A DNA stretch of 64,000 nucleotides from Bacillota bacterium (GTDB taxonomy: Bacteria; Bacillota; Limnochordia; Darwinibacteriales; Darwinibacteriaceae): positions 12,285 through 76,284 of the forward strand of contig JAKOTU010000090.1 in the NCBI GenBank assembly GCA_029776155.1, written 5' to 3'. The notes under the pieces were generated by a model. The model did not search any database. It was not told the DNA's origin and worked only from the letters and a program-made list of their open reading frames with translations. Position numbers and translations under genes: made by a program. The first letter of the stretch is position 1. Each line of letters opens with the position of its first letter. Below are positions 1 to 9,971 of this stretch, in pieces.

Positions 1-80
1 ACCGCCACCTGGACGGCATCCTCCCAGCTCTGCTCCGATTCCCCAACAAGTTCAATCACCTTTACTACGTGGCTGCCCAC
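1..80 (-). CDS. dodecin-family flavin-binding protein, N-terminal fragment (gene runs off the left edge)
   Basis: Reading the reverse strand from GTG at 80 gives MGSHVVKVIELVGESEQSWEDAVQVA. This resembles the conserved dodecin N-terminus (K-V/I-x-E-L-x-G-x-S-x-x-S-x-E-D-A). A purine-rich AAAAGGGGG lies just upstream. Only 26 codons are visible. Confidence 0.45.
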   Translation of the reverse strand, partial: MGSHVVKVIELVGESEQSWEDAVQVA

Positions 81-125
81 ACTATGCCCCCTTTTTTCCC
101 TTAGCATATCCCGGTACCGGGAAGC

Positions 126-1061
126 CTAGTCAAGGACCTGGGCACAGAGGCGCAGCAGATTACCGCCCAGAACTTTTTCAATCACGGCCGTACTGAAGCC
201 CTTCTGCCTGAGAAGTCCCTCCAAGCTGCGTAGTTTTCCATAGTGTTCCAATCCCCCGGGCACATCATCAATGCCGTCGAAATCAGAGCCTAAAGCAGGA
301 CAGCCTTGACCACCCACGTTGATTAAGTACGCGATCTGTTCCACCACCTGCTCCGCACTGGCCCGTCGATCCGGGCGTAGAAAGGCAGGGCAGAAGTTTA
401 CGCCCACTACACCGCCCCGATCAGCCACGGCGCGAATCTGCTCATCGGTTAGGTTGCGGGGATGATCGCACAACGCCCTGGCATTGGAATGGGAGGCCAG
501 TACCGGGTCTTTGCTCACTTGCACCACATCCCAAAAGCTGGGCTCGTTCAGGTGGGAGACATCCACGAGCATCCCTAAGCGGTTCATCTCAGCCACAACC
601 TGGCGTCCGAACTTGCTCAAACCCCCTCCTTCTGGGCCCTCCCACTGGCCAGCAGCCAGGGCGTTACGATAGTTCCAGGTCAGCGTGACCAGGCGGACCC
701 CCAGGCGGTAGTAAAGGCGCAGCGCCGCCAGGGTCGCTTCCAGGGCTTCCCCGCCTTCAATGGCCAGCAGGCAGGCCAAGCGGCCCTGGGCCACGGCTTG
801 TTTGATCTCGGCCGCTGAACCGGCAAAGGCGAGAATGTTCGAATGTTCCTCTACCATCTGCCAGAAAAGATCGATCATCTCCATTGTCCGGTGCATAGCC
901 AGGCCGTGGTAATACTTTGGATCCACAAAGGCGGCAAAAAACTGCGCCCCCTTGCCTCCCTGCAAGTGCTCCAGCTGCACGTGGCCCTTAGCTTCCGCCA
1001 GCGTTTCCCCCCTCTCCAAGAGACGATAAAGGGTATCGACGTGGGCATCGAAGACAAACAT
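126..1061 (-). CDS. membrane dipeptidase (peptidase family M19)
   Basis: 311-aa ORF with M19 hallmarks in the translation: FDAHVD at the N-terminus, LTWNYRN, VDVSH and SHSNARAL. ATG 1061 is preceded by a GGGGAGG SD. Confidence 0.85.
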   Translation of the reverse strand: MFVFDAHVDTLYRLLERGETLAEAKGHVQLEHLQGGKGAQFFAAFVDPKYYHGLAMHRTMEMIDLFWQMVEEHSNILAFAGSAAEIKQAVAQGRLACLLAIEGGEALEATLAALRLYYRLGVRLVTLTWNYRNALAAGQWEGPEGGGLSKFGRQVVAEMNRLGMLVDVSHLNEPSFWDVVQVSKDPVLASHSNARALCDHPRNLTDEQIRAVADRGGVVGVNFCPAFLRPDRRASAEQVVEQIAYLINVGGQGCPALGSDFDGIDDVPGGLEHYGKLRSLEGLLRQKGFSTAVIEKVLGGNLLRLCAQVLD

Positions 1062-1090
1062 AAGTGCTGCCTCCCCTATTCCAAATATTA

Positions 1091-1118
1091 AAAGAGCCCA
1101 CCCCTAGGGGATGGGCTA
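1091..1118 (-). terminator. intrinsic terminator after spoVS
   Basis: On the minus strand, AGCCCATCCCC-TA-GGGGTGGGCT forms a ~10-bp GC-rich stem followed by CTTTTAATATTT. Confidence 0.6.
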
Positions 1119-1146
1119 ATCTGTCCCTCGTTCAACTCATGCGCCG

Positions 1147-1407
1147 CTACCTTGGTTCCACAATGAGCTTAATGGCAGTTCTCTCTTCGTTGTCGATAAT
1201 TACGTCAGTAAATGCCGGGATGCACACCAAATCCACGCCGCTGGGGGCCACAAAACCTCTGGCAATAGCCACCGCTTTCACGGCCTGGTTTAAGGCGCCT
1301 GCGCCGATGGCCTGAATCTCTGCGCGCCCTTCTTCGCGCACTTTCCCAGCGAGTGCACCGGCGACTGTGTTGGGGGTGGAGTGTGCCGACACCTTCAATA
1401 CTTCCAT
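1147..1407 (-). CDS. spoVS: stage V sporulation protein S
   Basis: 86-aa ORF MEVLKVSAHSTPNTVAGALAG...QAIGAGALNQAVKAVAIARGF. Length and sequence are typical of SpoVS. An AAGGAGGT SD lies upstream. Confidence 0.93.
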   Translation of the reverse strand: MEVLKVSAHSTPNTVAGALAGKVREEGRAEIQAIGAGALNQAVKAVAIARGFVAPSGVDLVCIPAFTDVIIDNEERTAIKLIVEPR

Positions 1408-1505
1408 GTTCGTGTGACCTCCTTAGGTGAAAGCGCTACTACTTACGTGGTATCCTCAAGGATCTTATTAGATATATACTGGGAAAATCCTCCTAATATA
1501 CGCAT

Positions 1506-2276
1506 TTATTGAACATTCAGGCGCAAAATTCCTTGCGCCAGCCCATCATTAGTTAACGAAATCACAACCCCGTTTAAACATGCTGGACCCCTGGCGACGG
1601 AAAAACGGGCAGGCAGCTGCGTCAAGAACTTCTCGATCACCACCTGCGGATCCACTCCCAATACGCTGTGGATCGGTCCGCACATGCCTAAATCCGTTAT
1701 GTACGCTGTTCCCTTGGGCAGGATCTGTTCATCCGCAGTCTGGACGTGGGTGTGGGTACCCACGAAAGCACTGATCCTGCCATCGAGATAGCGGGCCAAG
1801 GCAATTTTTTCCGAAGTAGCTTCACCATGGAAATCGACCAGCACATGGGTGACCTCTTCAGGCAGGGAGGCCAGAATCTGGTCGGCGGTACGGAAAGGGC
1901 AATCGTAGTCGCCCATAAAAACCCGGCCCATGAGGTTGATCACCGCGATCATGCCTTTCGCAAAGCGGTGTAGATACACATACGAACCGGGAACGGACGG
2001 CGGATAGTTGGCAGGGCGTAGGATGCGCGGTTCTTCACTGATATAGGGATACATCTCTTTTTGATCCCAGATGTGGTTTCCGCTAGTGAGCACATCAATG
2101 CCCAGGGCAAACAGTTCCTCGGCGACATTCCTAGTTAAGCCAAAGCCGCCGGCGGCGTTTTCACCGTTGGCCACCACCAAGACTGGATCGTATTTTGCCA
2201 TAAGTTCAGGTAGGAACTGGGCCACAATCCTCCGGCCCGGCCTGCCGAAAATATCGCCCAGCACTAGTACGTTCAC
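1506..2276 (-). CDS. ymdB: YmdB-family metallophosphoesterase (2',3'-cyclic-nucleotide phosphodiesterase)
   Basis: 256 aa with MNVLVLGDIFGRPGR, ANGENAAGG, DFHGEATSEK and GTHTHVQTAD motifs (TIGR00282 type). It sits in the conserved position downstream of rny. Its GTG start overlaps the upstream stop (GTGA). Confidence 0.9.
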   Translation of the reverse strand: MNVLVLGDIFGRPGRRIVAQFLPELMAKYDPVLVVANGENAAGGFGLTRNVAEELFALGIDVLTSGNHIWDQKEMYPYISEEPRILRPANYPPSVPGSYVYLHRFAKGMIAVINLMGRVFMGDYDCPFRTADQILASLPEEVTHVLVDFHGEATSEKIALARYLDGRISAFVGTHTHVQTADEQILPKGTAYITDLGMCGPIHSVLGVDPQVVIEKFLTQLPARFSVARGPACLNGVVISLTNDGLAQGILRLNVQ

Positions 2277-2776
2277 TTGCCATCCACCCCCAGAGCAGTG
2301 CTAAACACCAGGACCTTACCGTTATCCCGAAAGCCCGTCAGACGTTCGCGGCCGAATTCCAAGTACTCCCGGAGCAGCGCCTCGATGATCATATCCTGCT
2401 CCACCGCATCATCTTCTTTGACGTCAGGTCCCTCCTGAATGACGCTTTCACCATAGAAATCATGGACCAGCTGCACAATGAGTCTCAACTCAGCCAGGGA
2501 AATGCTGGCCAGATCCCGTACCACCTCCACCACCGTGAGCTGACCAGTTTCCTTGTGGTGCAGTGCGGACACTTTAGGCCTCTTGCCTGTCAAGCTGTGG
2601 AACAGGGACAGATGGGCCTGAAAACCCCGGGAGAACTCTTCAAAACCAGGCTGGGCTTCCTGAAGCAGGAAAACCAGGCGCAGCGTTCCCGTCTCCGGTT
2701 CGCAGTGTATTGTGCCTATACATGGAAAGCGTACTAGAATAGCAATTAACAGGTCAACTTGGGTGCCGCTGTCCAA
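2273..2776 (-). CDS. hypothetical protein (167 aa) between rny and ymdB
   Basis: TTG start at 2776 is preceded by GGGGGAG with a 5-nt spacer. The stop overlaps the ymdB start (GTGA). I recognise no motif in the translation. Confidence 0.6.
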   Translation of the reverse strand: MDSGTQVDLLIAILVRFPCIGTIHCEPETGTLRLVFLLQEAQPGFEEFSRGFQAHLSLFHSLTGKRPKVSALHHKETGQLTVVEVVRDLASISLAELRLIVQLVHDFYGESVIQEGPDVKEDDAVEQDMIIEALLREYLEFGRERLTGFRDNGKVLVFSTALGVDGK

Positions 2777-2805
2777 TCTCTCTCCCCCATCTTCCCCTAC
2801 AATCT

Positions 2806-2836
2806 GGAAAAATAGAACCAGGCAGCTGCCTGGTCC
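2806..2836 (-). terminator. intrinsic terminator after rny
   Basis: On the minus strand, the hairpin GGACCAGGCAGCTGCCTGGTTC is followed by TATTTTTCC. The hairpin begins at the rny stop codon. Confidence 0.65.
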
Positions 2837-4386
2837 TATTTGGCATACTCCACAGCGCGAGTTTCGCGAATGACGGTCACTTTGATCTGACCGGGGTATT
2901 CCAGCTCAGACTCAATCTTCTTCACAATCTCGCGGCTCAACTGGACCGCCGAGGCATCGCTGATCCGCTCCGGCTTCACTATGATCCGCACTTCACGGCC
3001 TGCCTGAATAGCGTAGGATTTCTCCACTCCATCGAAGGAGGAAGAGATCTCCTCCAGTTTCTGCAGGCGCTTAATGTAACTCTCCAGCGTCTCCCGACGG
3101 GCTCCCGGCCTGGCGGCGGAAATGGCGTCGGCCGCCGCCACCAACACTGCCTCCACGCTTTGGGCTTCATAATCCCCATGGTGGCAGGCCACGGCATGGA
3201 TCACATCCTCATTCTCACGGTACTTGCGCAGAAGCTCAATCCCGATTTGAACGTGGGTACCCTCCATTTCGTGGTCCACGGCCTTGCCAATATCGTGGAG
3301 CAAACCTGCACGGCGCGCCAGCCGCTCATCCACGCCCAGTTCGGCCGCCATAATACCGGCCAAATGGGCTACTTCCACAGAGTGCTTCAACACGTTCTGG
3401 CCATAGCTAGTTCGAAAACGTAGTCTGCCCAACAATTTCACCAATTCAGGATGCAGGCCGTGCACATCGGCATCTAAAGTGGCCTGCTCCCCAGCATCCC
3501 GGATAATCGCATCCACTTCTTTGCGCGCCTTCTCCACCATGTCCTCGATGCGGGCAGGATGGATGCGTCCATCTGCAATTAGGCGCTCCAAAGCAATGCG
3601 GGCGATTTCCCTGCGCACCGGATCAAATCCTGACAAAATCACCGCTTCAGGGGTATCGTCAATGATCAGGTCTATCCCTGTAAGCGTCTCCAAGGCGCGA
3701 ATGTTCCTACCTTCACGGCCGATGATCCTCCCCTTCATATCATCGTTGGGAAGGGCCACCACCGAAACGGTAGACTCAGCCACATGGTCCACGGCGGTGC
3801 GCTGAATGGCTAGGGAAATAATATCACGGGCTCGTTTTTCAGCTTCATCCCGTGCTTGCTGTTCCAAATCACGGATAAGCATGGCAGTTTCGTGCTTGAC
3901 TTCTTCCTCTACAGCGCGGAGGATCATCTCTCTAGCTTCGTCTGCGGTTAACTGGGAGATTCTCTCCAGCTCCTCCCGCTGCTTGGCTAGAAGCTCGTTG
4001 ACCTCTTGCTGCCGCTGTTCCACTTCTCTGGTTTTTCTCTGCAACGCCTCTTCTTTGCGCTCCAGAGCCTCACTGCGCTTGTCGAGCAACTCTTCCTTTT
4101 GGGACACTCTCCGCTCAAACTGGTTCAGTTCGGCCCGGCGTTCCCGCGCCTCCCGTTCCATCTCAGAGCGCAGTTTGTGGATTTCCTCCTTGGCTTCCAC
4201 CAATGCTTCACGCTTCTTGTTCTCAGCGTCCCGTTCTGCTTCCTGCACAATCCGGCGAGCTTCTTCTTCAGCCGAGCGAATGGTGGCCTCGGCAGAGATT
4301 TTTCTCACGAAGTAGCCAATCACGAGGGAAACCACTGCCACTAATCCGTACTTAATCAACGTAATCAATATCTCGATCGCATTCAC
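2836..4386 (-). CDS. rny: ribonuclease Y
   Basis: 516 aa with an N-terminal TM helix, a long E/K/R-rich coiled-coil, a KH domain ([15 protein letters not shown]) and an HD domain (LLHDIGKA). Confidence 0.95.
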   Translation of the reverse strand: MNAIEILITLIKYGLVAVVSLVIGYFVRKISAEATIRSAEEEARRIVQEAERDAENKKREALVEAKEEIHKLRSEMEREARERRAELNQFERRVSQKEELLDKRSEALERKEEALQRKTREVEQRQQEVNELLAKQREELERISQLTADEAREMILRAVEEEVKHETAMLIRDLEQQARDEAEKRARDIISLAIQRTAVDHVAESTVSVVALPNDDMKGRIIGREGRNIRALETLTGIDLIIDDTPEAVILSGFDPVRREIARIALERLIADGRIHPARIEDMVEKARKEVDAIIRDAGEQATLDADVHGLHPELVKLLGRLRFRTSYGQNVLKHSVEVAHLAGIMAAELGVDERLARRAGLLHDIGKAVDHEMEGTHVQIGIELLRKYRENEDVIHAVACHHGDYEAQSVEAVLVAAADAISAARPGARRETLESYIKRLQKLEEISSSFDGVEKSYAIQAGREVRIIVKPERISDASAVQLSREIVKKIESELEYPGQIKVTVIRETRAVEYAK

Positions 4387-4406
4387 CTCCTCCGCTGCAC
4401 ACCTTT

Positions 4407-4435
4407 AGAAAAGAAAGCCGAGCCGCGACTCAGCT
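4407..4435 (-). terminator. possible terminator/attenuator hairpin between recX and rny
   Basis: On the minus strand, AGCTGAG-TCGCGG-CTCGGCT forms a 7-bp stem with one G-U pair, followed by TTCTTTTC. It ends only ~20 nt before the rny start, so it may sit in the rny 5' UTR rather than terminate recA-recX. Confidence 0.35.
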
Positions 4436-4520
4436 TTCCCAGTGTTCCAGAACTTTTTCCATGTCAGACTTTTCATGCCGTTTTCGATAATCCTGAGCTA
4501 GCACAGCCGAACAACTCGCT

Positions 4521-5000
4521 TTAATTGTATTCTTTTTCTGGATCCCTGTCAAGCAATTCCCCTATCACTTTCCGGGCGACAGCACCGGGGAAACCCCTGC
4601 GCTGCAGCAAGCGATACACTTTGCCACAGCGCGCCAGGGCATCTGCGCGCTGCAGACTCCCCAAACGCTGCTCAGCCAAACTGCGGGCCAGTTCGAACTC
4701 AACCTCAGGAGAATTCAGTGCTTGTTCAATGTAGTCTTCTGGGATTCCTTTACTGCTCAACTCCAAACGGAGCAGAAAATTCCCTGTGGGCCTGTGCCGG
4801 TTGCGGTACTCCACGTAATTGCGGGCGTAGCGCAGGTCATCCAGATATCCCATCTCCTGAAGATACGCAATAGTGCCTTCCACTTCCTCACTGGAAAACC
4901 TGTTGGCCAAGCGGACACGCAGCTCCTGCACGCTGCGGTCCCGCACCGTCAAAAGCCGCAGTGCCGCTGTCTTGGCACTCTCATCGCTCTTCCCGTTCAC
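4521..5000 (-). CDS. recX: recombination regulator RecX
   Basis: 159-aa helical-repeat protein ([33 protein letters not shown]) immediately downstream of recA. It overlaps the recA 3' end by 20 nt. Confidence 0.85.
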   Translation of the reverse strand: MNGKSDESAKTAALRLLTVRDRSVQELRVRLANRFSSEEVEGTIAYLQEMGYLDDLRYARNYVEYRNRHRPTGNFLLRLELSSKGIPEDYIEQALNSPEVEFELARSLAEQRLGSLQRADALARCGKVYRLLQRRGFPGAVARKVIGELLDRDPEKEYN

Positions 5001-6018
5001 CGGTCTTCTCTACCTCCTGGCCTCCCACAGCTCCAGCCAGCCCTTTGGCAGCCCTGATCTTCATCTCCAGTTCGTCTGTGAGTTCTGGATGCTGGATCAG
5101 GTACTCCTTAGCAGCTTCACGGCCCTGACCCAGGCGCACATCTCCATAGGAGTACCAAGCGCCGCTCTTGTTCACAAACTCCAAGGCTGCGGCCAGGTCC
5201 AGGATGTCTCCTTCCCGGGAAATCCCCTTGCCGTACATGATGTCAAACTCAGCTTCCCTAAAGGGTGGAGCCACTTTGTTTTTGAGCACCCGCACCCGGG
5301 TGCGGTTGCCCACGATCTCACTGCCCTGTTTCAGCGAATCAATGCGCCGCACATCCAACCGGATGGAAGCATAAAATTTCAGGGCGCGCCCTCCTGGAGT
5401 AACTTCGGGGTTGCCGAACATGATCCCCACTTTTTCCCGCAGCTGGTTGGTGAAAATGACGGTGCAGTTGGACTTACTGATCGCGCCTGTGAGCTTGCGC
5501 AAAGCCTGGGACATGAGCCGTGCCTGGAGTCCCACGTGGGCATCGCCCATCTCCCCTTCAATCTCGGCCCTTGGTACCAGGGCAGCCACCGAGTCCACGA
5601 CTACCACATCAACGGCCCCACTGCGCACTAGATGCTCAGCGATTTCCAAGGCCTGTTCTCCATGGTCTGGCTGAGAAATGAGTAGATTATCAATATCTAC
5701 ACCCAAAGCCCTGGCATAGCTGGGATCCAAAGCATGCTCCGCATCGACCATGGCTGCGATGCCCCCTGTTTTCTGCACATTGGCCATCACATGTAGAGCC
5801 AGGGTAGTCTTACCCGAAGCCTCGGGACCATAGATCTCCACAATCCGGCCCCTGGGAATCCCTCCCACACCCAAGGCCAGATCAAGGGATAGGGATCCTG
5901 TGGGAATCACTGCAATATCTAAGTTGGACTGTTCGCCCAAACGCATGATGGAGCCTTTACCGTATTGCTTCTCGATTTGTAAAATGGCCCGATCCAAAGC
6001 CTTTTGCCTTTCTTCCAC
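4981..6018 (-). CDS. recA: recombinase RecA
   Basis: 345 aa with Walker [13 protein letters not shown] and conserved L1/L2 regions. GTG start at 6018. Confidence 0.98.
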   Translation of the reverse strand: MEERQKALDRAILQIEKQYGKGSIMRLGEQSNLDIAVIPTGSLSLDLALGVGGIPRGRIVEIYGPEASGKTTLALHVMANVQKTGGIAAMVDAEHALDPSYARALGVDIDNLLISQPDHGEQALEIAEHLVRSGAVDVVVVDSVAALVPRAEIEGEMGDAHVGLQARLMSQALRKLTGAISKSNCTVIFTNQLREKVGIMFGNPEVTPGGRALKFYASIRLDVRRIDSLKQGSEIVGNRTRVRVLKNKVAPPFREAEFDIMYGKGISREGDILDLAAALEFVNKSGAWYSYGDVRLGQGREAAKEYLIQHPELTDELEMKIRAAKGLAGAVGGQEVEKTGEREER

Positions 6019-6041
6019 TACCGAATTCGCCCCTTTCTATT

Positions 6042-6055
6042 AAAACACACGTTCG
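6042..6055 (-). promoter_or_regulatory. LexA (Cheo/SOS) box upstream of recA
   Basis: The minus strand reads CGAACGTGTGTTTT, against the Gram-positive consensus CGAACRNRYGTTYC (one mismatch at the last base). It lies 24 nt upstream of the recA GTG. Confidence 0.6.
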
Positions 6056-6165
6056 CCTGCGAGTCATAAAAAGAGGAGAAACCTGCCCAACAGAAAGCGC
6101 CGCCTCCGTCGAGCCCAAACCGTTTCCCCGAGCAAAGTCCGAAAACCAAACCCATTTGGCCGAGT

Positions 6166-7602
6166 TTAGAGTGATAGTTCTACATCCCCTTCGCTATTCC
6201 TGCTGTGCTCCACAAATGTTCTCTGCAGCGAGAAGCTCTGACCCAGCCCTGTGACATGCACGCCATCGACCGCGGCCAGCCGCAAATCTCCATCTTCGCC
6301 CTGGACGAAGTACAGTAAAGACAGGCTGTAGGGCAGAGGTTCCTTGCTTTGAAAGCCCCGAATACCCGCGGCCCCTGTGGTGCCCGCATTGCTGTACACC
6401 GTGTCCTCCACTTGTTTCACTCCCCAAAGGTGGGTATGACCATAGGCCACCACCTGAAACAGTCCCGGTCGTAGGGCCTCGGCTACACGGTGGTTGTGCA
6501 CCAGGAAAAGGTGGGGTTTTTTCTCCTGTTTGGCCCAGTACGCGTTGATTTCCCGGGCTAGACCCGCCAGCTCTTCGGCGGAAGCTGGGGTGGGCAGGTA
6601 GCTCTGGGCCACCAAATCGCCGGTTCCCGCAATGTACAGACCCTCCACGATCACCGGCTCGCCCAGCACCACCGCGTGCTTCGTCTCCAGGAGGCGCTGC
6701 ACCACCTGGGGCGAGTCATGATTTCCGGATACGAAGATGTAGGGCAGGCCGAGCCGTTCGATGCGTCTGCTGATTTCCGCCTCCAAGGAAGTACCCCAAT
6801 CGGTCAAGTCTCCCGTATCGACAATGACATCTACGCCAAAGCTTTCCACAAGCTGCGCGGCGAAGTCGTAGGCCACGGGATTGTTGTGAATATCGGAAAC
6901 GTGGAGTACCAAAACGTCCGCGTCCACCAGACCTATCGGCCCCGTTTCCTCCAAGCGCTGCAGCGCAGAGTAGAGGTTACCCGCCAGAGCCTGCACCCGC
7001 GCCCCCAGCTCTTCAACTTGGTCCAGGGCGTCGCGGACCGTTGCCAAAACCCAGGGCGCCGCCTCGATCATCCCTGCATACTCCACCCGCTCAAAGGCAC
7101 TCAGGTCAAAGGTGGCATAAACCAGGGCCGCCAGAAGCAAAACCATCGCCATCCCCGCAAGACCCCCCCGGGCAAGGGCCCGCCAAGTCCGCACTCCCAG
7201 TAACAGTAAGGCGGCCGCGGCTCCCACAAAGCCAAGAAAGACCTGTTTCAGCAGGAAATGGAGTATGATCTGCGCAGCGGCCTCCCGCACGCGCAGCCAA
7301 ATCTGTTCGTTTGGGCCAGTGGGGGCAAACACGGTCTGCCGCAGCGCATGTAGGTCCACACTGCGCAGTTCCATGCCAAGCTCAATGGGCAGCCAGTGGG
7401 TGCGGGCGGCAAGTTCCCCCACAGGGGGCAGGATCACCCTGGTCTGGGGCGGGCCGCCGAGCCGCGCCTGGAGCTTGATCCCCAGCGAAAGCAGCCGGTA
7501 GTCAGTACCGGAAAACAAGTTGATGACAGTGATCAAGCCTAAGACAGCAAAAAGAACCGGCAGATACCTGCGGCGGTTCTTTGAGGTCTGCTCCATCTCC
7601 AC
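6166..7602 (-). CDS. membrane-anchored calcineurin-like metallophosphoesterase
   Basis: 478 aa. The N-terminal half has several hydrophobic helices. The C-terminal half carries HVSDIHN, DTGDLTDWG, GNHD and GHTH motifs. Confidence 0.75.
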   Translation of the reverse strand: MEMEQTSKNRRRYLPVLFAVLGLITVINLFSGTDYRLLSLGIKLQARLGGPPQTRVILPPVGELAARTHWLPIELGMELRSVDLHALRQTVFAPTGPNEQIWLRVREAAAQIILHFLLKQVFLGFVGAAAALLLLGVRTWRALARGGLAGMAMVLLLAALVYATFDLSAFERVEYAGMIEAAPWVLATVRDALDQVEELGARVQALAGNLYSALQRLEETGPIGLVDADVLVLHVSDIHNNPVAYDFAAQLVESFGVDVIVDTGDLTDWGTSLEAEISRRIERLGLPYIFVSGNHDSPQVVQRLLETKHAVVLGEPVIVEGLYIAGTGDLVAQSYLPTPASAEELAGLAREINAYWAKQEKKPHLFLVHNHRVAEALRPGLFQVVAYGHTHLWGVKQVEDTVYSNAGTTGAAGIRGFQSKEPLPYSLSLLYFVQGEDGDLRLAAVDGVHVTGLGQSFSLQRTFVEHSRNSEGDVELSL

Positions 7603-7611
7603 CCCAACTCC

Positions 7612-8868
7612 TTAATCAGACTGCCGTTCACGCACCGTCCTCCACAAAAGCTGCAGAGCAGCACAGGCCAGCCGTTCTTTAATCTGCTCCCGGGAACCTT
7701 TCCAAAAATGCTTCTGCACTATAGTATTCTCGGGGGAAGCCAAACCGATGTACGCTAGACCCACTGGCTGTTCAGGGGTTCCACCGCCGGGGCCGGCAAT
7801 ACCGGTTACCGCAAGCCCCAAATCGCTCTGGGCCCGGCGACGCACCCCTTCTGCCATTTCCCGGGCCGTTTCCGGGCTGTAAGCGGTAAAAGTCGCTAAG
7901 GTAGAGGGCTTAACCCCCAGGTCATCGATTTTCGCTTCATTGGTGTACACCACATAACCCCGCCGGAAATACCCGGAACTCCCAGGGATGTTGGTCAGGC
8001 GGTGCGCGATCAAGCCTCCGGTACAAGATTCGGCCACAGCCAAGGTGAGGCCCCGGGACAAGCAGGCCTTAGCCACCACCTCTTCTAAAGATTGGAAATC
8101 TGTCCCATAGAAGTAGTCCCCCGCCCGGCTGGTGATCTCCTCTTCCAGTGGGGCGATCATCTCCCAAGCCTGTTCTCTGCTGGCCGCCTTGGCCGCCAGG
8201 CGGACGCGTACCGTCCCCTCAGAGGCATACAAGGCCACGGTGGGGTTCGTTTGGCCGGCAACCAAATCCTCTAGGAGTTGGGCCAGGCTGGACTCCCCGA
8301 TGCCGGCAAAATGGAGGTTGCGGATGAGGAGAGTCTCGCCCAGGTTCCGTCCCCTCAGCCTGGGCAGGACCTCTGCTGAGAACATAGCTTCCAATTCCCG
8401 GGCCACACCAGGCAGCGCCACCACAATCTTTCCCTCGTCCTCCAACCAAAAACCCGGAGCAGTGCCCAGCGCGTTATGGAGGACAGCACTTCCGGCAGGA
8501 AAAAGGGCCTGCTTGCGGTTATTCGGGCTCATACCTGCCCCGCCGTAGCGCTCCCGAAAGCGGTTTTCGATCCAGCTCACAACCTCGCTATCTTCCTCCA
8601 GAGGACGACTTGTGACCAGGCTGACCGCCTCCCGAGTCAGGTCATCTTCGGTTGGTCCAAGCCCCCCACTGATTATCACCAGGTCTGAGCGGCTCAAGGC
8701 CCGGCTGAGCACCTCTTTGATCCGCCCCAGATTATCCCCCACGGTGGATTTGTAATAGACGTCGATGCCCAGGTCTGCCAAGTTCCTGGCTAAAAAGACG
8801 GCGTTGGTATCAACGATTTCACCCAACAGCAGCTCGGTACCTACCATAACTAATTCTGCCCGCATCAT
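7612..8868 (-). CDS. cinA: competence/damage-inducible protein CinA (nicotinamide-nucleotide amidase)
   Basis: MoCF-like N-domain (VGTELLLGEIVDTN) plus a PncC-type C-domain (AESCTGGL). I prefer the ATG at 8868, which sits 5 nt after GGAG; the ORF track starts at GTG 8874. Confidence 0.9.
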   Translation of the reverse strand: MMRAELVMVGTELLLGEIVDTNAVFLARNLADLGIDVYYKSTVGDNLGRIKEVLSRALSRSDLVIISGGLGPTEDDLTREAVSLVTSRPLEEDSEVVSWIENRFRERYGGAGMSPNNRKQALFPAGSAVLHNALGTAPGFWLEDEGKIVVALPGVARELEAMFSAEVLPRLRGRNLGETLLIRNLHFAGIGESSLAQLLEDLVAGQTNPTVALYASEGTVRVRLAAKAASREQAWEMIAPLEEEITSRAGDYFYGTDFQSLEEVVAKACLSRGLTLAVAESCTGGLIAHRLTNIPGSSGYFRRGYVVYTNEAKIDDLGVKPSTLATFTAYSPETAREMAEGVRRRAQSDLGLAVTGIAGPGGGTPEQPVGLAYIGLASPENTIVQKHFWKGSREQIKERLACAALQLLWRTVRERQSD

Positions 8869-8901
8869 CTTCACTCCGTTTTCAGAATAATGCGCACCAT
8901 C

Positions 8902-8930
8902 TTTACTTTTACCTAAACATATGCTATATT
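8902..8930 (+). promoter_or_regulatory. candidate sigma-A promoter for the lipoprotein gene
   Basis: TTTACT, a 17-nt spacer, then TATATT with an extended -10 TG (aTGcTATATT). It lies ~35 nt upstream of ATG 8965. Confidence 0.4.
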
Positions 8931-8964
8931 ATTACTGTGCCCAGGGAGCATGAGGAGGCGTGCC

Positions 8965-9936
8965 ATGACCAGAATTACCAGTCGCGTTGCGCTCCTTTTG
9001 GTGCTGGGCGCTGCAGCAGCCCTTTCCAGCGCCTGTCAGCCTGCCACTCTGCCGGGACCAGATTCTCCCCTTACCGTGCTGGGAAGCCTCGATGCGGCCC
9101 CCGGAGAAGTAGTAGAAGCCCGCATTGTACTGCAGCGGGGCAAACATGTGGTGGAGACTATCGTGCCAGTGCACCGCAATGAGTTTCAGGGCACGATCCA
9201 AGTGCCCGTTGGCGAGTGGGAGCTCACCGTCTACTTGTTGGACGGGGAAGGTAAAGTACATTTCCAGAGCAAACCCCAGACCACGCAGATCACCTATGGC
9301 AGCGGCACCATGGTGGAGCTTGTGCTCCGTCCAGCAGCCAGCACCGTGCATATCACCATCGACCTGGATAACTACATCTTCCAGGATCTAGCCCAACGAG
9401 CCCGCATTTACTTCAACGACCAGCTCTACGAAGTGGTTCGGCCTACTGGGCAAGCTCCCTTCACAGCGGTGCTGGAGATCAGTCCCGGCAGCTACGAGTT
9501 CAAAATCGAGCTCTACACAGAAACCTTCCACATCGGGAACAGACTTGCCCCCGGTATCTGGCGGGTGATCCATATAGGGGAACGGGAAGAAGTCTTCCTC
9601 AACTGGGCTCCGGAGACGGAAGAGCTCCATATTGCAGGACGCGTGGAGACGCTCCTTCCCGCCCCTACTGGCGTGGTGATCAGCGGAGACGGGGACCAGG
9701 TCCAGATCTCTTGGGATCCTGTGGACCAATGGAACGTCCAGGGCTATGTTGTCTTGGCCCAAAGCAACCCCCTGGAGCGCTTTGAGCTGCTCACCCCCGC
9801 GCCCACAGCCTCAACAACCTATGTACACCTCCTGGATCCGGAGAAGCCTTCCTCAGCCATCAAGTATGTGGTAGCAGCGGTGAGCAACCGCGGCCTGGTG
9901 GGCTACTACTCCCCTCCGCAGGTCTGGTACCCATAG
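8965..9936 (+). CDS. lipoprotein of unknown function with an Fn3-like C-terminal domain
   Basis: Signal peptide plus lipobox (MTRITSRVALLLVLGAAAALSS-C). ATG 8965 has a GAGGAGG SD 6 nt upstream. The last ~90 aa have a beta-sandwich/Fn3-like pattern (ISWDPV...GYVV...Y). Confidence 0.7.
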   Translation: MTRITSRVALLLVLGAAAALSSACQPATLPGPDSPLTVLGSLDAAPGEVVEARIVLQRGKHVVETIVPVHRNEFQGTIQVPVGEWELTVYLLDGEGKVHFQSKPQTTQITYGSGTMVELVLRPAASTVHITIDLDNYIFQDLAQRARIYFNDQLYEVVRPTGQAPFTAVLEISPGSYEFKIELYTETFHIGNRLAPGIWRVIHIGEREEVFLNWAPETEELHIAGRVETLLPAPTGVVISGDGDQVQISWDPVDQWNVQGYVVLAQSNPLERFELLTPAPTASTTYVHLLDPEKPSSAIKYVVAAVSNRGLVGYYSPPQVWYP

Positions 9937-9941
9937 ACACC

Positions 9942-9967
9942 AAAGGCACAGGAATCCCTGTGCCTTT
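9942..9967. terminator. bidirectional terminator hairpin between convergent genes
   Basis: AAAGGCACAGG-aatc-CCTGTGCCTTT forms a perfect 11-bp stem. The flanking A-run and T-run allow it to work on both strands. Confidence 0.65.
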
Positions 9968-9971
9968 ATCT

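Noticed and set aside
1408-1505. An AT-rich spacer upstream of spoVS, examined for a sigma-H promoter.
   Set aside because: An AGGATTT -35-like word is present, but no GAAT -10 occurs at the right distance, so there is not enough support.
3806-4315. Serine-rich 169-aa and 112-aa ORFs on the plus strand inside rny.
   Set aside because: They are the antisense of the E/K/R-rich coiled-coil segment of RNase Y. The repetitive S/R/A composition is an artefact of that codon content.
4873-5631. A long (252-aa) ORF antisense to recA. Similar antisense ORFs occur at 17961-18863, 24861-25832, 45717-46742, 51873-52844, 53085-54182 and 60760-61512.
   Set aside because: Each lies entirely opposite a well-supported conserved gene and has no Shine-Dalgarno sequence. 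The translations are low-complexity (rich in G/A/P/R/H). These are typical shadow ORFs of GC-rich coding DNA.
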